64,000 nucleotides of DNA from the human T2T-CHM13v2.0 reference genome, Homo sapiens: NCBI RefSeq assembly GCF_009914755.1, contig NC_060925.1. One strand, 5' to 3'. Position 1 is the stretch's first letter. Each line of letters begins with the position of its first letter. Of this stretch, positions 57,383 through 64,000 are shown piece after piece. The translations under genes were made by a program, and so were the position numbers. The notes beneath the pieces were generated by a model. It worked only from the letters and a program-made list of their open reading frames with translations, was not told where the DNA came from and made no database searches.

Positions 57383-58226
57383 GCCACACCTGGCTCCTCT
57401 GCAGATGGATGCCAGAGAGAAGCAGGGCCAGCAGATGAGAGAAGCCCAGTTCTTGTATGCCCAAAAGCTGGTCACGCAGCCGACTCTCTTTTCCGCCACA
57501 GCTGGGAGACCTTCTGGCAGCACTCCCTTAGGTCCCTTAGCCAGAGTTCCACCCACCGCAGCAGTGGCCCAAGTGTTTGAACGGGGCAACATGAACTCAG
57601 AGCCTGAGGAAGAGGACGGAGGTTTGGAAGATGAGGATGGGGATGATGAAGTTGCAGAGGTGGCTGAGAAAGAAACCCAGGCTGCTTCAAAATATTTTCA
57701 TGTGCAGAAAGTAGCTCGCCAAGATCCCAGAGTGGCACCCATGTCCAATCTACTTCCAGCACCAGGGCTCCCACCACATGGACAACAAGCTAAAGAAGAC
57801 CATACCAAAGATGCTTCCAAGGCCTCACCTTCTGTCTCCACAGCAGGACAGCCGAACTGGAATCTGGATGAGCAGCTCAAGCAGAATGGTGGTTTGGCCT
57901 GGAGTGATGATGCAGATGGAGGCCGGGGAAGAGAGATCTCTCGAGATTTTGCCAAGCTGTATGAACTGGACGGTGATCCTGAAAGGAAAGAGTTCCTGGA
58001 TGACCTCTTCGTCTTTATGCAGAAGAGGCGGACCCCCATCAACCGAATCCCCATCATGGCCAAACAGATCCTGGACCTGTACATGCTGTATAAGCTGGTG
58101 ACCGAGAAGGGGGGCCTGGTGGAGATCATCAACAAGAAGATCTGGAGGGAGATCACCAAAGGCCTAAACCTGCCCACATCCATCACCAGCGCTGCCTTCA
58201 CCCTCAGCTCAGGACGCAGTACATGA
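57315..58226 (+). pseudogene. Retrocopy ORF1 (303 aa): polyQ, acidic region and most of the ARID domain, frameshifted tail SSGRST*
   Basis: Strong Kozak AAAAATGG; ARID core ERKEFLDDLFVFMQKR...LDLYMLYKLVTEKGGLVEIINKKIWREITKGLNLPTSITSAAFTL; CTCAG duplicated at 58203-58212. Confidence 0.9.
57327..57377 (+). repeat. (CAG)17 pure trinucleotide repeat
   Basis: 51 bp of uninterrupted CAG encoding Q17. Confidence 0.98.
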
Positions 58227-59020
58227 AGTATCTGTATGCCTATGAGTGTGAGAAGAAAGCCTTGAGTTCCCCAGCCGAGCTCCAGGCAGCAATTGATGGC
58301 AACCGCAGGGAGAGCCGGCGGCCCAGCTACAGCTCCTCCCTCTTTGGCTACTCACCTGCTGCGGCTACTGCTGCTGCCGCTGCCGGGGCCCCTGCCCTCC
58401 TCTCCCCACCCAAGATCCGCTTTCCCATCCTTGGGCTTGGCTCCAGCAGTGGCACCAATACCAGTAGCCCTCGAATATCCCCAGCAACCACTCTCAGGAA
58501 AGGTGATGGAGCCCCAGTGACAACAGTGGCTGTGCCAAATCGTCTGGCTGTGCCCGTGACCTTGGCAAGCCAGCAGGCTGGTACTCGGACCGCCGCACTG
58601 GAGCAGCTGCGGGAGCGGCTGGAGTCAGGGGAGCCTGCTGAGAAGAAGGCGTCGAGGCTGTCTGAGGAGGAGCAGCGCCTGGTGCAGCAGGCCTTCCAGC
58701 GCAACTTTTTCAGCATGGCACGGCAGCTCCCCATGAAGATCAGGATCAACGGCAGGGAAGACAGAGCAGAGGCCTCGGCTGCAGCACTGAACCTGACCAC
58801 GAGTAGCATTGGGAGCGTTAACATGTCTGTGGACATCGATGGCACCACCTACGCAGGTGTGCTGTTTGCCCAGAAGCCTGTGGTCCACCTCATCACGGGG
58901 TCTGCTCCCCAGAGCCTCGGCAGCAGCGCCAGCAGCTGCAGCAGCTCTCACTGTTCACCAAGTCCTACCTCATCCCGGGGCACCCCCAGCGCAGAGCCCT
59001 CCACCAGCTGGTCCCTCTGA
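58223..59020 (+). pseudogene. Retrocopy ORF2 (265 aa): last ARID helix, extended ARID, REKLES domain and Ser-rich C-terminus
   Basis: MKYLYAYECEKK..., REKLES-alpha EQLRERLESGEP, REKLES-beta MSVDIDGTTYAGVLFA, native stop TGA ending at 59020. Confidence 0.9.
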
Positions 59021-59820
59021 TGGGCAGGACCCAGCTTTCCACTTGCCACTCTCCAGTCGAGAGTGAAGGAAGTTGATGCACAGAATTTACCTCATCTCAC
59101 GGAGCCCACGTCGACGAGCACCATTTGGCCAGACATTGAGAGTTTGGACTTGTCCGTCTGTCCAGGCTCCATTCAGGTCCTGCTGTACTCCGGGGGCAGG
59201 GAGAGGCTAGAGGGGCAGGACAGACAGCGTTGTCCAATCAGGGATTGTCCTGGAGAACTGGGTGGGGGTCTGTGGGTGTCCAGCTTCCTCCAGGGTTCCC
59301 CAGCCACCTCCCAGCTCGGGGCACAGTGTATCGACAATCTGTCAGCCGACACAGGGCTGGAGGCCCTCCATTTCCCTCCCCTTTTAATTTATTTCCCTGC
59401 CCCTGCCTTCTGCCATGACCCCAGGGCCACTAGTCTCTTCCCCTGTTTTTAAGTCCCATGTGGGGCTGCCAGGAGCCAAGAGCATGCCTTCATGCCCTTC
59501 TCTGCTGAGCATGGTTGGTGCCCTTCCAGCCCACTTTGCCTACTGTTAGGTTCCTGGGGTACGGGTCCCTCAAACACAAGTCTTGAATCAGTCCTCAGGG
59601 CCCCAGATCCCCCTTCTAATGGTCTGAAGGAAGAGGCTGTGAGGGCAGTTCAGGGCCAGGGCCCACAGGGCATCTGCTGATGGGAAGGCAGAGCCTCGGG
59701 GCTGCCCAGCCCTGGCACCTGCTTCACACGGACCATTCTCTGGCCGCCCCCCCAAACCTCATGCTCCCCGCTTGCCCTTATTGTCCTGCTTTCCCAAAAA
59801 CAGCCCACTCATCCTTTTCC

Positions 59821-59890
59821 CAGCCCTCTTCAGCCCTCCCCAGTCCTCCCCAGCCTTCTTCAGCCTTCTTCAGCCTTCTTCAGCCCTCTT
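59821..59890 (+). repeat. 10-bp tandem repeat (CAGCCYTCYY-like) x7 in the retrocopy 3'UTR
   Basis: CAGCCCTCTT CAGCCCTCCC CAGTCCTCCC CAGCCTTCTT x3 CAGCCCTCTT. Confidence 0.9.
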
Positions 59891-61261
59891 CTATTTCTTA
59901 TGGGGCCATCTTGGCCTCACCATCCCCACACGTGCCGATGTCAGGTTCATTGAAATACCTCAGATTTGTAATTGTTGATGTTTGAGTCTTCAGGAAGTAT
60001 TTGCATCTCTGAAATCTTTTTTATATGTGTTTTGCTGACTTTTTTTTTTATTTTAAAATTTTTATTGTTGTACACCAAAGAAATGAAAACAGATCACCCC
60101 CAAAGCCAAGCAAGTGATTGGGTACCCCGGCCCCTCTGGCCCTTCCCTCAAGCCCAGTGAGGAGGTGGGTGGAGGCATGCAGGGGAGACGACTCAGGGAT
60201 CACGGGGGCGGGGAGGTGGAGTGGAGAGGCCCGCTCTCACACTGGGTCGGGCCCTGAAACCGTACCAGTTCTGAAGAGCGTTTTCTGCCACACCCCCACC
60301 CCCAGCTGACCAGGGAGGCAGAGGACACCTCCCCATCACTCAGCATTCCCAGCTCAGGGCACAGGGAGGCTGGGGTCCTCGCTGGCCTTGCCAGAGGTTG
60401 AGCCGCCCCAGGGTATGAGGAGATGAATAACTCCACAGCTCCTCCTGGACCCTGCGCGGGAGCAGGCGGCTCCTGTGCTGTAAAGAAAATTGATTCGCTT
60501 GCGGCTCACCTCAGTCGAGGAAGCCCTGGAATGTTCAGCAGAACACCACCACTGTGACATGGGGCTGTGGCAGTGGGAGACACCGCACGTGGCGTGGGTG
60601 TGTGTGGCGGCGTGGCTCGCACTCAGTCCTGTGTAGGAGAGGAAAGGGAATCAAAAGCTTGAGCACAAACAGATACCTCAGCCCGGTAAGCTGCAGCTCT
60701 GCTCAACTGCGTCTTCTCTCAGCCCTCCACACACGCTCACCCCCACTCCCACACACACACACACACACACACACACCATCTCCCGAGGGCTGACCTCCTC
60801 TGGCCTCAGCCTGCAGGGTGTGGGCAGAGAAGGGCATCTGGGACGTGGTGCCAGTGAGGAGCCCAGTTGGCTGGCACTGGGCCCATTTGAAGGTGTCTCA
60901 GACATTTGGCCAGTATGTCTTTCTCAGGGGTTTGGTCACAAAGGATGGACTCTTCCCACCCAGAGGATGCAGGGAAAGCACACTGTGTCTTTCCGGTCAT
61001 TGGATCCTCTCCCTTTCCCCAGGCAGCTCGCCTGGCCACACCGTTGGAGTGAACCCTCACTGCCCTCAAGGACAACAGCAGGGTGTCACCCAGAGCCGGA
61101 TGAGGGGTGCCAGCAGGTGCCCCCACGAGTGGGGCCTTGGCCCAAGCAGAGCTTCCCCTGAAGGTGCCATCAGCCAGGGCAGCTCTGTCCCCTCCTGCTC
61201 TCCATCTTATATGTATTCTAACCAGGAAAAATGTGATAGCACATGGGTAGCCTAGGCAGTG

Positions 61262-61267
61262 AATAAA
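61262..61267 (+). terminator. Polyadenylation signal AATAAA of the retrocopied mRNA
   Basis: Ends 20 nt before the genomic poly(A) tract that starts at 61288. Confidence 0.9.
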
Positions 61268-61307
61268 TACCTCAGATGTCCTCCTGCAAAAAAAAAAAAA
61301 AAAAAAA

Positions 61308-61323
61308 AAAAATAGGAGGCTGA
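61308..61323 (+). repeat. 3' target-site duplication of the ARID3B retrocopy
   Basis: AAAAATAGGAGGCTGA directly after the poly(A). Confidence 0.95.
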
Positions 61324-61975
61324 AACCTAGAACTGAGAAAAATCTGAGTTTTTATTAAAAAAAAGCACGTTTTTACTTTCTGATATCCACCTCAGCTTTT
61401 GTTCTTTAAAATGGGATCAATGTCATTACACAATTTTCATTAAAATCATGTAAAAAGCACCACGCTGTGCAAAAGATGGGCCCAAATACTCTGCAAAGAT
61501 CATTGCACGTAAATCAGATCCTTTCCCTCTACCTGTAGGAGTTTCTGTTCCTGTTCTTGAAGAGACAGACTGGTGAGCATGCAAAATTACAGGAAATGCA
61601 GAGAACAAAATGGGCAGAGCAACCAAAACTGTGGTGTTTGCATCAAATACAGGTCAAGAGTAAACTTATTTTCCTATGAAATTCAAGAACATGTTGAAAC
61701 TGGAAAGAGCGGGACAGGCTGGTAGCACCTTTTAAAGACCAAGAGAGGCTGCCTCATTAAATATTAAGAACTTGGAGGAAAGAGGTGGATTTACACTGAT
61801 AAAAGGTTCATTTAAAATTCCATGAGGTCAATAAATTACCACTTAAGATGCCATTTCCCAAAATGTGTCCTGAAGAATGCTTGTTTTAAATGAGGGTGGA
61901 GGGGTAGAGGGAAAAAATCCTGTGGTCCAATTGATTTATGCACTGTATCTCAGATGGAGTTTGACAAGAAATGTT

Positions 61976-62307
61976 GGCCAGGCGCGGTGTATCAAACCTG
62001 TAATCCCAGCACTTTGGGAGGCTGAGGTGGGAAGGATCACTTGAGACCAGGAGTTTGAGACCAGCCTGGATGACATAAGGAGACCCCATCTCTACAAATA
62101 ATTAAAAAATTAGCCAGGTGTGTCAGTGCACACCTGTGGTCTCAGCTACTCAGGAGGCTGAGGCAAGAGGATCACCTAAGGCCAGGAGGTTGAGGCTGCA
62201 GTGAGATGTGATGGCACCACTGCACTCCAGCCTGGGTGACTGAGTGAGACCCAGTCTCAAAAGAACAAAACAAAACAAAACAAAACAAAACAAAACAAAA
62301 CAAAAAA
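61976..62307 (+). mobile_element. AluJ with (CAAAA)n tail
   Basis: Full dimer; degenerate TSD GACAAGAAATGTT/GACAATAAATTGTT. Confidence 0.92.
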
Positions 62308-62434
62308 CCAGACAATAAATTGTTGAGTTACCAAAGGCCCTGTTAACGCCTGCAACAAAAAAGATTGCTGAATCTTGCTTAGTCCAGTCTTTTCCAAACT
62401 TGTTTGACCTTCAACCCCTTTCCTCTTCCTCTGC

Positions 62435-62750
62435 ACATTCATCTACATAACAAATGTACAGAGGGCCTCCTCCAGGCCAGTCACTGTTCTAGGTCCTGGG
62501 GATTCAGCAGTGAAGAAAACAAAACTCTCCCTTGGCAGACTGTGTAATTAGGAGGAGACAGAAAATAAACCAATAGATAAATCAAACCAGAAAATAAATC
62601 ATTTATATAATATATCAGAAAGAGTGCAATGGAGGAATTTTTTTTTTTAATAGCAAGGGGGAAAGGTTGCTGTTTTAGAGAGTGTGATCAGGGAAGCTTC
62701 TCTGATAGGATGCTACTTGAGGAACAGGTGAGATATGCTGAGTTGATCAA
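62435..62750 (-). mobile_element. L2 LINE 3' region
   Basis: CATTCATCTACATAACAAATG...GCCAGTCACTGTTCTAGGTCCTGGGGATTCAGCAGTGAAG. Confidence 0.75.
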
Positions 62751-64000
62751 TTGCTGGAGGACCAATGGAAGCCCCAGGGAGTATGAGAGCAATCACCACC
62801 TAGAGAGTGAGCCCCTCAGCACTTTCTCCTGCACAGAAGGAGACTTAATATTGATAGAAAGTTCTACAAGGCGGCACTAGCATTAAGCAGTTCTAATAAG
62901 AGATTGATTTTACCAGTGCAGATAGGGAAATTGCTCATCCTCTAAAAGCAAATTAACTCTTTGGAGCCCCTAGGGTGTTGTTCATTTACTGATTTATTTA
63001 CAAATTGTTTGCTCCTTGGCCTCTGATTAGTGACGTTTTGCATGGTGACCACGTGTTTTGGAATTGCGTTACTCTCAAGTCCTCCATTTCACATTATATG
63101 GTGGCCATTTATCTCACTCCTCGAGAGGGAAGCAGAGCAAGGGAGCGGCTGGTCATACCTCATTTGTCATAAGCGGAAAAGGATTCATCAAGCTGCTGAG
63201 CCGCGTTGAGGGGAACGATGATAGGGACTGGCATGTTTGCTGCCTGATTCAATTCTTGATTTCATTGACAGGGGCTCCATTGATGATTGTTGTGATTGAG
63301 ATATCAAAGATAGAATAATTCAGAAAAGGTAGAAAGTTTATGCTACCTTATGCTACCTAAGGACATATCCCATTTTCCATTCTCCTGGTAGAAATATTTT
63401 CTGCCTTTAGAGCCAGCTACATTGTCTGTTGGGTTCTGTGCAAAATGAAAACATGAGATTACCTTATTTAAAGACAGGAAAAAAATAGTGTTAAAGGTTC
63501 TAAAATAGAAAACATTTCTTTTTTCTTTCCTCTCCAATCTCCTTCTCTTGACTTTATTTTGCCTTTTATTTGCTATTTAACATTATTCTAAGAAAACATT
63601 TAATTTATTAGCATGAATTCTATCACTCGGCTTTATATTGTGCAATGCCAATTTCAAATGCAAATATGAGCATTTAAGGCACATGGAATCACTGAAATAA
63701 CACAATTCATATTATGTAGCTTGTGTATGCATATGTATTTTATTCTTACCAGAACAGTGAAAATGCTACACAAAACTTAATTGTTTTTGTCTGACTTCTC
63801 GATGCATGCATGTTCTACCTTCACTTTCTATCTTACTGATTAGTAAGGAAGACCTTAAAGGGAATAGAGTTGTGTGTTGCCTTATATTTTAGTTACCTTC
63901 TATGTTATCATCATCACCCCTACCTCAGTCACAGACATAACACGCTGACGTTGTACTCACTTTGAGACTCACTGACCTGCCAGTCATTATGGGTTCGCCA

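Larger units (their letters stand above)
57129..61307 (+). pseudogene. ARID3B: Processed pseudogene (retrocopy) of ARID3B, full-length mRNA copy
   Basis: Intronless translation matches ARID3B from MEPLQQQ... to ...AEPSTSWSL*; GC-rich 5'UTR, long 3'UTR, AATAAA 61262-61267, A25 run 61288-61312, 16-bp TSD; one frameshift. The symbol refers to the parent gene (the copy is probably ARID3BP1, from memory). Confidence 0.96.

Noticed and set aside
57109-58951. Antisense and alternative-frame ORFs (polyAla, polyLeu, polyCys, 166-167 aa)
   Set aside because: Shadows of the GC-rich ARID3B CDS and the CAG repeat; no independent support
57315-59020. The functional ARID3B gene itself
   Set aside because: No introns, a genomic poly(A), a TSD and a frameshift identify it as a retrocopy
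59063-61255. Many 60-145 aa ORFs
   Set aside because: They lie in the GC-rich 3'UTR of the retrocopy, where stop codons are scarce
63338-63358. 10-bp tandem duplication TTATGCTACC
   Set aside because: Ordinary slippage duplication

Overview
Primate (human or great-ape-like) AT-rich genomic DNA, judged from the Alu, L1M, L2, MIR, MER and LTR content; it looks intronic or intergenic. The only gene-derived sequence is a young, full-length processed retrocopy of the ARID3B mRNA (57129-61307, + strand). It carries a CpG-rich 5'UTR, an intronless CDS, a ~2.27-kb 3'UTR, AATAAA, a pure poly(A) tract and a perfect 16-bp target-site duplication. A single 5-bp duplication splits the CDS into two ORFs joined by an overlapping ATGA stop/start. 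The copy also has a pure (CAG)17 tract and many let-7 and miR-125 seed sites. From memory, an ARID3B pseudogene (ARID3BP1) is annotated near ADGRL2 on human 1p31; I cannot verify that here, and the retrocopy itself is probably already annotated. Other structure not explained by standard repeats: a ~270-bp non-Alu inverted repeat pair (~89% identical) flanking a 1.3-kb spacer (35159-37004), a near-perfect 77-bp x3 tandem array (4643-4877), a fold-back microsatellite hairpin (15306-15408), a candidate small non-coding exon (564-632) and several enhancer-like unique blocks. Repeat subfamily calls are by eye from recalled consensus sequences and need RepeatMasker confirmation.
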